Assembly: GCA_964016885.1 (NCBI GenBank)
Contig: OZ024743.1
Span: 77,438,001 to 77,502,000, forward strand
Length of the DNA: 64,000 bases
Reading direction: 5' to 3'
Source of the DNA: Eledone cirrhosa
Lineage: Eukaryota
Below, one piece after another: positions 26,750 to 39,163 of the stretch. Each line of letters begins with the position of its first letter. Within the stretch, counting starts at the first letter, position 1. The notes below the pieces were generated by a model. The model did not search any database, was not told the origin of the DNA, and worked only from the letters and a program-made list of their open reading frames with translations. The position numbers were made by a program, and so were the translations under genes.

Positions 26750-29700
26750 TAAATAGAGTGAACAACAGAATAATTAAAATAAGACTTGTTCTCAATAGAA
26801 CTACTGTGACAATAATATCTGCATATGCACCCCAATCCGGACTGCCTGGTGTTATAAAAGACAGATTCTATGAGTCGTTAATGCTCACTACCTCCCAAAT
26901 AACCGACAGTGACCACATAATTATCGCTGGCGACCTAAATGGTCACGCTGGACAACATTGTGGCGGCTATGATGGAATCTATGGAGCCTATGGGTTTGGT
27001 ACTAGAAATGACGAAGGCTCCAGAATCCTGGAATTCTGTGACGCAAATAACCTAACTATCTGTAACACTAACTTCAAAAAATGAGACAATCACTTGATCA
27101 CCTACAGATCAGGGGAACACACCAGCCAGATAGATTATATCCTTACCAGAAGACGTGACAGAGTGTCTGTTGTAAACACTAAATCCATCCCCCATGAAGA
27201 ATGCACCTCTCAACATAGATTCATAATTAGCGACCTCATAGTCAGGACGAGACGTACTCGACAACAGAGGAGGACTATCCTCAGGAGAAAAATATGGAAG
27301 CTAAAGGACCCCACAGCCAGTAATAAATTTAAAAGCATATTAGTTGATGCTTTTGATAGTAAGGAAGAGCAATTAGAGTCGTACAATATAGAGGAACAGT
27401 GGGAATCCCTGAAAGCTAACCTGCTGAAATCGGTGGCTGGAGCAGACCTATAGGCAGGAGGAGAGTAACTTGGTGGTAGAACAGTAAGGTGGAGGAGTCA
27501 ATCAAGGCCAAAAAGCAGGCTTGGAAAGTATGGCGGGATGGGGAAAGTAGAGAAGACTATCAAGTGGCCAGGAGAAAAGCTAGGAGACAAGTGTACTTCG
27601 CAAGAAGGGAAGCAGAGGAAAGAAAGTTCAAGCATGTTCTACAACGCGAGGACCAAAAACGTGAGGTGTTCAGGATTGCTAGGCAATGTGTCAAGGAAAA
27701 CCGTGATATTGTCGGGGAGAAGTGTGTCCTTAATGATGATGGTGTACTTGCCATCACTGACGCTGATAAGAAGGTAGCTTGGAAGTGTCACTATGAAAGG
27801 CTACTAAATGAGGAGAATAAATGGGAGAAAGACAGTCTCCCCCACATCGACCCAATGGAGGGAACTGCAGTGCAAGTTGAAGGTAGTATAATAAGTAAGG
27901 CGATCCAAGATATGAAGACAGGCAAGGCGGCTGGGCCTTCGGAAATAGTTGCTCAAATGCTGAAAGCATCTGGAACAGTGGGACACACTATGGTCACCCG
28001 GATAGTAAACCAAGTCATACAGAATGGGATCGTTCCGAAGGACTGGCGTAGTAGCATCATCATTAACTGCTACAAGGGTAAAGGAGATGCCCTAGATAGG
28101 GGAAACTATAGAGGCATTAAATTAATTGACCAGGTCATGAAGGTCACAGAAAAAGTAATAGCTCACTAATCAGAGAGCGAATTGATCTAGATGAAATGCA
28201 GTTCGGGTTTGTGTCAGGTAAAAGTACCACAGACGCTCTTTTCATTGTATGACAACTACAGGAGAAGTACCTAGCTAAAAGTAAACCCCTATACTTAGCT
28301 TTTGTTGACTTGGAGAAAGCCTTTGATAGAGTCCCACGCTCCATTATCTGGTGGGCCCTTAGAAAACTAGGTGTTGATGAATGGCTGGTGAGAGCTATAC
28401 AAGTCATGTATAAAGAAACAGTCAGCAAGGTTAGAATTAACAACGAATATAGTGAAGAGTTTAGCGTAAAAGTTGGTGTTCATCAGGGCTCCGTCCTTAG
28501 CCCCCTCCTATTTATTATTGCCCTTCGGGCTATAATAGAGGAGTTCAAGACCGGTTGCCCATGGGAACTTCTATACGCAGATGATCTAACGATCATAGCT
28601 GAATCAATGGCTGAACTAGAGAAGAAATTTCAAACATGGAAGCATGGCCTAGAATCAAAAGGCCTTAAAATTAACCTGTCTAAGACTAAAGTTCTAGTTT
28701 GTAGGAAGGAAAATAGGGCACTGGTCCCATCTGGGAAATGGCCATGCTCAGTGTGTAGGAAAGGAGTAGGCAGAAACTCCATTTTATGTCCCGAATGCAA
28801 AGTATGGGTGCATAAAAGATGTAGTGGGATCACAGGTAAGCTAACTAAGAATATAGATTTTATATGTGGCCGGTGCTCAGGTGCAATAAGTAGCAGCAAT
28901 GCCCACAGAATACTAGCTCATTCCATTGCACAGATGGTTCTATAGAAATAGTGGACTCCTTTCGTTACCTGGGTGACAAAATCAGCAGTGGTGGAGGGTG
29001 CTCTGAAAGTACAGTAGCTAGAGTCAGAACGGGATGGAAAAAGTTCAGAGAGGTTATACCACTATTGGCCGCTAAAGATTTCTCTCTAAAAATGAAAGGC
29101 AGGCTGTATGATGCCTGCATACGAACAGCAATGTTACATGGCAGAGAGACCTGGGCATTATGTGCAGAGGATATACGCAGACTGGAGAGGAACGAAGCTT
29201 GCATGCTCCGTTGGATGTGTAATAGTAATTATACGTGAACGGCAAAGCATAAATGAACTAAGAGAGAAATTAGGAATAAGAGGGATCAGATGTTGTTTAC
29301 TCGAGAGAAGACTACATTGGTATGGTCACGTGATGCGCATGAAAGACGACAGCTTTATAAAAAAAAGTGCAGGGCGTTAAAAATAGACGGTAGCCACGGA
29401 GTAGGCAAACCAAGAAATACCTGGGACGACTTGATAAATTCCGACCTCACACAGTTACACCTCTCCAAGACAATGTCACTGGACCGAGATCTTTGGCGCT
29501 ACACAGTAATACAGAAGATCCGCCTTGCCTAAGTACAAAGCGAAACCTACAGTCAGTAGGCACCTCTTTACAAAAATACGCCACCGCCCCACAACCCCCA
29601 CACACCCCTTTCAATATAAAGTTATGTTGGTACCACAACATCCAGTCCAAAATAAATGAGGTCGTGTAGGTGTCACGACAAATAAAAAAAACACAGTCCA

Positions 29701-29916
29701 CGCTGTAATGTGGCCGTGTAGGTAACACGGTAAAAACCTCCCAGTCCACACTGTAAACGTGGTTGGTGTTAGGAAGGGCATCCAGCCGGAGAAAATCCGC
29801 CAGACAGTCTTATACGAGCAAGACAATCAATCTTGCCTCAAGTGGGAAAATTCCCGTCCAAACCCATGCAAGCGTGGAAGATGGACGTTAAACGATGATG
29901 ATGATGATGATGATGA
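26750..29916 (+). mobile_element. Near full-length RTE LINE (APE endonuclease, RT, PHD-like finger), with stops and frameshifts
   Basis: ISAYAPQ, AGDLNGH, SQIDYIL (APE); GNYRGIKL, KAFDRVPR, QGSVLSP, YADD (RT); (GAT)n tail at ~29894-29916. Confidence 0.96.
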
Positions 29917-30523
29917 TATATATACTGTATATATATATAGGAAAATGTTCAGGACCCCGACGGCAAAGCTCAAGCAGCCGTCGAAACGGCTTGAGCTCTG
30001 CCGTCGGGTTCCTGAACATTTACCTATTACCAACTCTACTACCCTAAGTATCGAGTACTCTGGTGCGTTATGGTCCACCTGGTTCCTTCGTTATATATAT
30101 ATATATAGTGCTCCTTTTCGGGTAGTGTTTTTGATGCTCAGAGAGTGGGATTGGTTGAGCGCAAGGCCTTTCCCCACTTAAAAAACCTTCAAAGCACAGA
30201 CATTGCTTGTTCAGGATCTGTTACAGGTTCATGTCTGGCTGTAGCCTAAAAGTGCACCATTTTCTGTAATCTGACAAGCGATTGCAATACTCTTAGCAGA
30301 GCTTGCAGCCATCATATATATATATATGTATATGTATATATCCAGGGAGTGTAACGTGAAGTTACTGAAAATGTGTGAAATCCTTGGTACAGTTAGGTAT
30401 ATTTAAAAAAGGGAAAGAATGACATTTGGTTTTGTATATCTTCAAAACCAAATTGTAAAATTATAATATAAAATTAAATTAAATTGTTTAAAACTAGAAG
30501 TGAAGTCATTCTTTTTTTTTTTC

Positions 30524-30565
<42 letters not shown>

Positions 30566-31099
30566 TATACTTACACATACACATGAGCTGCTGGCCAAAT
30601 AACTTTTTGATGGGATAAAAACATGTAAAATCAATTAGTGGTCAGTTCTTCAGTCTAAAATCCCTAGGGAGAATTAGTAAAGTTTTGTACAAGTTGAAAA
30701 CATGTATATATATATATAAATCTATATATACACATGTATATGTACACGGGAGTGTGAAAGACCAAAGGCCAATGTTGAAAGTCTCTGGATGTGTATATTT
30801 CAAAAGGTACTTTATATATTTTTTATTGGAGAAGATAAGATCGATCACTTACACACTCTACACTAAATAACAGTATACTATACATTCACAATTATTTAAA
30901 AATTCAATTATAACATTCTGTATTAACATTAAGTATTACTGTATACTGCCAGTAATATGTACAGTATATATACACTATAATTAGTTAAAAATAGACATTT
31001 TTTTCCGCAAAAATTTGATTGTACTGTTTTCACTTGTTTTTTTTTTAAATGTTATTTATTCATTATAAAAATTAAATGATAGCATTCTATATATGGGTG

Positions 31100-31320
31100 G
31101 GCCCCCTTTATCTCCTGGCAACCAATATTTTTAGACCCAGTCTGCAACTGCTTGTGGCGGCAAGCGGTTGAGATTTTACATATCTCTATACCCACTCTGC
31201 ATTGAGTTCTCCCTCGATTAGTGGTCTCCCCGGTTTCAGCACCGCAGACTATATACGCGATAACAAATTTAGCGAAAGCAACTTTTTCGGTAAACACCGG
31301 TTGCTAGAAAATTATCAATC
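31100..31320 (+). promoter_or_regulatory. Probable MRPS9 promoter/5' UTR
   Basis: Unique, locally GC/CpG-rich segment directly upstream of the putative start codon at 31321; start site not mappable. Confidence 0.5.
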
Positions 31321-31404
31321 ATGTTGATTGTAAATGGTGTAAATGTCTTAACCCGCCGTCTATTTACAGTCAACAATCAGCAATGGATTCTACGGTCTGT
31401 AAAG
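31321..31404 (+). CDS. MRPS9: MRPS9 putative exon 1 (mitochondrial presequence MLIVNGVNVLTRRLFTVNNQQWILRSVK)
   Basis: ATG, 28 codons with Arg and no acidic residues, AAG|GTTTGT donor; phase 0 matches exon 2. Confidence 0.65.
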
Positions 31405-32400
31405 GTTTGTTTAAGGGTTTTTTCATTTTGTTGTTCCAAAATCTATTTATGGTTTTGTATATTTTATCCTGATATTATTTACCGAGTTTGAGCAACTAAC
31501 TTGGGGAGGTAAACTCCTTAGATTAATGGTTTCAGATTTAGGCACAAGGCCAGCAATTTTGTGGGAGGGGAAAGTCGATTAAATCTACACCAGTGTGTTA
31601 CTGGTACTTTATTTTATCGGCCACTGTAAAGATGAAAGACAAAGCTAACCATGGCGAGATTTGAACTCAGACTGTAAAGAGTTGTGACTATGCCGTAAAG
31701 CAGGCATGTGCAACCTTGGAGCAGTAACCCGCATAAGGTGGGCTGTACTACTAAAACAATTCAAGGCAATTTTGAAATTAGTCATGCGATTGAGAAAGCC
31801 AAAGGGCTCGCAGTTTGTCCAGAACTGCCGTATGTCGGACACACTACAAATACTTCACAGAGTAATAATAGATATTCTTTCGATTAGCAGAACTAAATAC
31901 ATGGCTACGATTGTCGTGTGGTAGTGATAACACATTAGTCCATTAATGGAATTGAGGAAGATATATACAACATCCCACCACATCTTTAATAAATCCACTC
32001 AGTGTGTCTACATAATACACCGATATTGTTTCTGTACCTGGTGAGAAGGTTAAACACGATTCTTTCTTTGTGGCTTTTAATTGATTTTAATAAAAGGTAA
32101 ACCGTTTATTTGAAAAGATTATGTGCCGAAGCACGTTATAGAATGTGACTAAAATATAATATATATATATATATGAAGAGAATTTGTTGTTAATGCTTAT
32201 GATATAAAGGTGTCCTTAAATATAGTGTTCAGGTATCTTTAAACCCGAATGGATAGTTAACTCAATATCATGGTCAGTATTTTTTGGGGGGTAAAAGACT
32301 GGTTATTTTTATCCCGCCGAGGTTGACTTTGCCTTTCATCCTTACGGGGTCGATAAAATAAAGTACCAGTAATTGCTGGCCTTGTGCCTAAAGTAGAAAC

Positions 32401-32453
<53 letters not shown>

Positions 32454-32577
32454 TAGTTCCACAACAGTTCACCATACCGAGAACAAATGTTTCACCTTAT
32501 GCGGATCTTCAGCCTGGTCTGAGGGGAGTTGTATGACACTATTCTTCTAAACTCGTCCCATGGACTGAGCGTTCTAC

Positions 32578-32609
<32 letters not shown>

Positions 32610-33875
32610 AATTTTTAATGTATGTATTTGTTTGTGTTTTCGTTCTGCAAGCATTATATTATTTTTTTTATTACGATTAATAAAATCGATGTTAGCTGTT
32701 GTTGTTGGGAAGAGTTGAGAGAAAAACATTTATTTCAAAGTGGTTCTAACGTGTTAAAGAAATATTTTGATAGTGGATTGTAGAGGTAATAGTATTCATT
32801 TTGTTAGTGGATTCTAGAGGTAATAGTATTTATTTTGATATTGACAATCATAAAGTTTGCTTAAAAACCATCGATAATTCTTTATCATCTAATTTAACCA
32901 CAAGGCCAGAGGCAAGCCGAGTATATTGTATTTTATCGATCCCGGAAGAATGAAAGGCGAAGTTGACCTCGGCGACATTTGAACTGAGAAGGTGAAGGAC
33001 GGGGGAGAAATATCGGATGCTCTTATGATTCTGTCAATCCACCCACCTTTAAAATTATTTCTTGTTTTGGCACAAGACCAGGGATTTCTCGGGAGAAGGG
33101 AAAGTCGATTATATCTGTAATTAACTGATACTTTATTGATTTCGGAAGGATCTGTGAAGAACCACAACAAATACATTGGTCCAACTCTCTCAATCCTTAA
33201 TCCTTACGGGGTCGATAAAATAAAGTAACAGTAATACACTGGATAATTGCTGGCCTTGAACCAAAAGTAGAAACAATTATTCACAATTGTATAAATAACT
33301 GTTTCTACTTTTTGCACAAGACCAGCAATTACCCAGTACATTACTGGTACTTTATTTTATCGACCCCGTAAGGATGAAAGTCAAAGTTAACCTCGGCGGG
33401 ATTTGAACTCAGACCGTAAAGGGACGTAACTATGCACAATTGTATAAATAACATTACAAATTGAATGAAAATATAAACATATAATAAATACATATAATTA
33501 TTGCCAAGAACCTCAGGAGTATAACACAAAAATATATGATTAAAGTAAAAGAAAGAAAAATGTCAATTTTGTAAAGATCCACCAGATTAAGATATTAGAA
33601 ATCGGTGTGTGGAGAGATAGGTCAAATGATTGGGGCACAGTTGGAAATCAACTTGTGTTGCTGGTATTTACTATCACTCTTTACAATTCAGCTTTAGAAT
33701 TACTTTAAGGCTACACATGTCTGTGGAATACTCAGCCACTTATATGTAATAATGCGGTGGTTGTTCTGTTAAATAATAGAATGCTCATTGTAGAAACTGA
33801 CGGAGTATCTATAATAAACAATAAATTAATCAATATCATAACAAATACTGACATTGGTGAGGATTAATTAGAGAC

Positions 33876-34197
33876 GTTTGGCCGCTGACAGCGAAGTTCT
33901 TGTCATTGCTGGCTGCTCGCCTTACTGAGGTGTCTTGTTATGCCCGTGAGGGTGCTTGGTTGTTACAGCACCTTAGCCTCGCCATCACCCGTGGTAATGT
34001 TGCGAACGTGCTGGTTTGCCTCAAAGTGTTCCGTTGACCCTCATGATGCGGCTGATTGTCGCACTTGGGGGTGAATTGATGGTTGTTTTGTTTAATCTGA
34101 TGTATTTATATATTTGTTAAGTATTATTTGAGTCTATTTTCATTCTGTAAGAATTATACATAATTTATAATGTTATTTATACAATTATGAATAAAAC
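33876..34197 (+). mobile_element. 3' fragment of a CRE-like (RLE-endonuclease) non-LTR retrotransposon
   Basis: Translation AKFLSLLAARLTEVSCYAREGAWLLQHLSLAITRGNVANVL resembles the CRE-type C-terminal QRLS.AI.RGN motif; stop at 34035-34037; AATAAA near 34190. Confidence 0.7.
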
Positions 34198-34270
34198 CAT
34201 TATAGTCTTTAACCCTTTCATCACCATGTCCACTATAATACGTCATGTGTTTGTGTATATATATATATAT

Positions 34271-35227
34271 ACTAGACATGAAAAATGCGCAAGCTCAAAA
34301 GTGCCACAGAATGTTATAATAAACCTTCAAAAGTGTGGGACTAGAGTTGTTGCTAAAAAATATTGTAATCATTATATATCGTACATTCTGTGGCATCCTT
34401 TATAAAAATAGCTTAAACCAACGAAGCCTTTATTTTTACGCTATTTCACTTAGTTAATTCTTAGAGTGTAACATATAAAAATATCATTTACAACTATAAA
34501 ATAAATTAATTAATATAATAACAGAGCTGCGGAGCTGAAATTTAGGAAATAATGGAGTATCGGATCCTGAGTTGGAGCCAGTCAATTTTTGGCCGACTCC
34601 GCAGCCCTGTATAATACATTTCATATTAAAGTTATTAATAAACCTATTTTACACTTCATGCAAATTACCACGAGATATTGATATTAGATATAAGATACAG
34701 CGCAATATCTACAGCTGTAAAAGTACGAAAGCGAAGTAATAATAAGTGGCTTAAGGTAATTCCAATATGAAAGTTTGTAGTGATAAAAATTTGATAATGC
34801 AATACGATTGTTAATATTATAGTTCTATGAAAATGTAACAATAGATAACTAAATTAGTTTACTATTAGTATATTTAAGAAATTATCATTATAGATTTGAT
34901 CGTTCATATAAGCATCATATTAAGTTTCAACACAATTATTTTGTTACTATGAGTATATGATAATAATATTACGTAATTATTTATAGCTGTTATTACATTA
35001 AACATAGATGTATTTATTTTTATATGTTACACTCTAAGAATTAACTAAGTGAAATAGCGTAAAAATAAAGGCTTCGTTGGTTTAAGCTATTTTTATAAAG
35101 GATGCCACAGAATGTACGATATATAATGATTACAATATTTTTTAGCAACAACTCTAGTCCCACACTTTTGAAGGTTTATTATAACATTCTGTGGCACTTT
35201 TGAGCTTGCGCATTTTTCATGTCTAGT
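34271..35227. repeat. 213-bp perfect inverted repeat (34271-34483 / 35015-35227)
   Basis: ACTAGACATGAAAAATGCGC...ACATATAAAAATA is reverse-complementary to 35015-35227 with no mismatch seen. Confidence 0.95.
34522..34609. mobile_element. hAT-like MITE
   Basis: CAGAGCTGCGGAG...CTCCGCAGCCCTG termini with 8-bp flanks TATAATAA / TATAATAC (7/8). Confidence 0.7.
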
Positions 35228-36449
35228 TTAATATTTTTTTAAGGCAACGCTTGTAATAACTCTAGTTAAACAGGATATATATTAATAATAAATTATCGTT
35301 GTAATGTAATTAGATTATGTAATTGTTATTATAAATTATCTTATAAATATTAGTGTAAGATGTATAAAAATATTTTCAGACTTTTAATATAAACAACTAC
35401 AAAAAACAATCAATATTAAATCAATATATTATACATAATAGAAAACATAAAATATACAATACAAAAACAAAATATTTACATACAATTGCAATTATCAGTG
35501 TATATACATTTTCTTTATATTCCCTGAGCAAATTAATAAGATTTGTTTTTATTGTACATAATTTGATGACTTGTTGGAGTGTATTAAAAGATAGCAACAA
35601 TTTGTGATTAAATTGTTATCTTAAGCAACTCACTTTTTAATAGTTGTTGGCTGAGCGAAATTGTAAAAGCCTATGAGCAAATATAAAAAAAAATACACAA
35701 ACAACATTTCCTTGTGTTATTACAACATTAGATAAAATAATTGAGCAATGTCGTTATATTTTGCTCTTATTGCACATTAATAGTGTTTCTATTTTTCGGC
35801 ACAAATCCATTACGCAGTCCATTACTGGTACTTTATTTTATCGAATTAGTAAGTATGAAAGTCGAAGTTAACCTCGGCAGGATTTGAACTTAGAATGCAA
35901 AGGACCATAACAATACTGCAAAGCATGGTGTCTGACGCTCTACCAATACTTGTGTTGAGCTGGTCATTAATTTATGGTGGTCGTGCGTGGAGTAGAGCAA
36001 TCGCTAGTTGAAATATTATGAACAAAACATTTTTATTTGCCGAAGAACATATTTTCGATACTGTTTGTGAATGTGACGAAGGAAATACATTCTGATATGG
36101 AACAGTGTACAAAGTGTGTCTGTGAATAACATAATGTTACCTCATGTTGTTGTCAAGACATAATGGATTTCGTATATCCAGTTAGAAGATGAAACCTAGC
36201 CATCTCGGATTAGTTATATTTCATGCCATGTGTAAACGTGTTTGAGGATAGCAAAATATGCGTGTTTCTTGTCTGGAAACTTTCTGCTAAACTGATTGGT
36301 TTCAGTATATATTTAATATAATATTAATATATTTTGTAATATTATTAACTAATTATTATAATTAGCGCTTCAGGCTTTGTCTATATACTGAAACAAATTT
36401 GTAAGTCATTACCTAATTAAACTCTTTGCTTGAAATGTTATCATTCTTC

Positions 36450-36507
<58 letters not shown>

Positions 36508-38049
36508 GGAGAGAGAGAGAGATTTATCTAGTCCTTCGCTCAAGATTAATCTATAAGTTTAGATGTTTGCCTTCGTTTAAGTAAATATTACAGTAAGATT
36601 TTTAATATAAACAACTACAAAAAACAATTAATATTAAAACGAAAAAATTATCAATGATAAAAGAAGCGGATGCAACTTTTTTTTTTATAAAGTTATATTC
36701 CTGTTTCTTTAAAGAACATTTCATTTTTGTTCTATTGTAGGCGAAATAATGCAATGGTTTAATAGGGAAGATATAACTTACGAATTATGTCTCTAACCGT
36801 GTAACGCTTTTTAAGTAGATAACTACAATTGAAAATACTAAAGAAATGGAACCAACAATTCAATTTGAAAGTCGTCTAGTGACAGTGTATTACTGGTACT
36901 TTATTTTATCGACCCCGTAACGATGAAAGGCAAAAATGCAAATGCTTAAAATTTAAATTGCCTTAATTCTATCGTCTGCTGTTTCATTAAAGGGAGATTA
37001 TCGTCTGTATTTAATTCTATCGTCTACTGTTCCACTAAACAGATATACCTCCACTATCGTCTCTATTTATACATTTTAACTTATAACTTATACACATTTG
37101 ATTTGAAATATTTTATCTAGTCCCCCCTCTCAATATTATGATGATTTCTTTCGAATGAAACAGTTCTAGTCCTGTAGAAGCCATTTATATATATAATTGA
37201 ACTGAGTTAAAAATTCACAATATTTATAATTAAATAAGCTCATATATATATGTGTGTATTTATCTGTTTATTGTATTATATATAATGTGTGTATATACAG
37301 GATGTCCCCCAAAAATATATACACACTTCAACAGCATTCTAATAACTATTGCCTGTACAGGTAATCAAAGTGTCAATCGAATGTTAGTTTCGTGTTTTAA
37401 CAGTACAAATTTACAATACACACATAAAACCAGTGTATATACATACATGAGTGTGTATACACATACATGAATGTGTATATACAATATATATGTATATATA
37501 TATATATAGACACATATATTCACGGTGCAACGGTACATTAAAATATAGATGCGGGAGAGGGGGGGGGGTGTATATATAGGGGCGCTGGGGATAAAGGAGT
37601 GTAAAGCGTGTGTAATTGATATATTGAAGGAGAGGAGCGTGCAGCGATAGAGTAACAAATATATAGAGAGGGGGAGAGATGGTATTGAAGGGGAGGAGTG
37701 CAAAGCGAAAGAGTAAGAGATATAAATAGAGACGGAACAGATAGAGAGAAACAGGCGTAAGTAACAGTGGAAGAGATATAGAGAGAGGTACTCTGATTGG
37801 TTGAAAATTAGCCAATGACATACGATCACCACCACCACGGCTATCCCCGAAAAATTTTTAGAGAAGCAAGGCATATATGTTAGAACACGAAAAGTGAACA
37901 TTCTGTTGGTTCACACTTTTCGTGTTCTAACAGATATATGTTCCGATGCACAACTGATTCTTCGTTTTCCATTTTGTCATACTCTGCTCCGAAAGAGCAT
38001 AGAGTGCTCAACCGGCATACCGCCTATGGACGCATCTTAGCAACCATAC

Positions 38050-38084
<35 letters not shown>

Positions 38085-38087
<3 letters not shown>

Positions 38088-39163
38088 TATGTATACGTAC
38101 ATACATATATGTATACAGACGTACAGTAGTATGTATAAGTATGTATACGTACATACATATATGTATACAGACGTACAGTAGTATGTATCTATATATACAT
38201 ACATGCACACATATATATATGTACGTATGGATTCACTGAACTTATAATGCTCGGTGTGTTTGTAAACAAACATCCCGAATTAAGCCGTACAGTGTCTAGC
38301 AACCATCGTTGCTCATTTGTTCAACACTGACAAAGGAACGTTGTACTAGTTTCAAGCTTATTAGCTATCGTCAGCAACATATACCTTCCTGCCAGATGAT
38401 TGAACGTCTGAAAGTATATACTTTCCTTATGCATATTAACGGCTGAAAGTATATACTTTCAGACGTTCAATCATCTGGCAGGAAGGTATACGTTGCTGAC
38501 GATAGCTAATAAGCTTGAAACTAGTACAGTGTTCCTTTGTCAGTGTTGAACAAATGAGCATTGATGGTTGCTAGACACTGTACAGCTTAATTCGGGATGT
38601 TTGTTTACAAACACACCGAGCATTATAATAAATGTTCGGTGAATCCATACGTACATATATATATGTGTGCATGTATGAATATATATATACATACTAATGT
38701 ACGTCTGTGTGCATGTATGTATATATACATACTACTGTACGTCTGTGTGCATGTATGTATGTATGTATATATACATACTACTGTACGTCTGTATACATAT
38801 ATGTATGTACGTATACATACTTATATTTAAGTAACAGCCGTACTAAGAGTGAGAAATGAAATTTTTTTCATTTTTTTCCGTTTATCGTTTTTGGTATGCC
38901 CGGCCGATTAACTCACTCGATATGCAAATTAGGCTGCTCAGCTGTTAATATGCATAAGGAAAGTATATACTTTCAGACGTTCAATCATCTGGCAAGAAGG
39001 TATACGTTGCTGACGATAGCTAATAAGCTTGAAACTAGTACAGCATTCTTTTGTCAGTATTGAACAAATGAGCAACGATGGTTGCTAAACACTGTACGGC
39101 TTAATTCGGGATGTTTGTTTACAAACACACCGAGCATTATAATAAATGTTCGGTGAATCCATA
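38085..39163. repeat. Triplicated ~400-bp unit: one inverted copy and two direct copies
   Basis: 38085-38444 is reverse-complementary to 38445-38825; a third copy starts at 38940, is split by an RTE and resumes at 41255-41390. Confidence 0.9.

Noticed and set aside
37365-37901. 178-aa and 136-aa minus-strand ORFs
   Set aside because: Low-complexity (TA/CA/GA) sequence with no domain motif or splice support.
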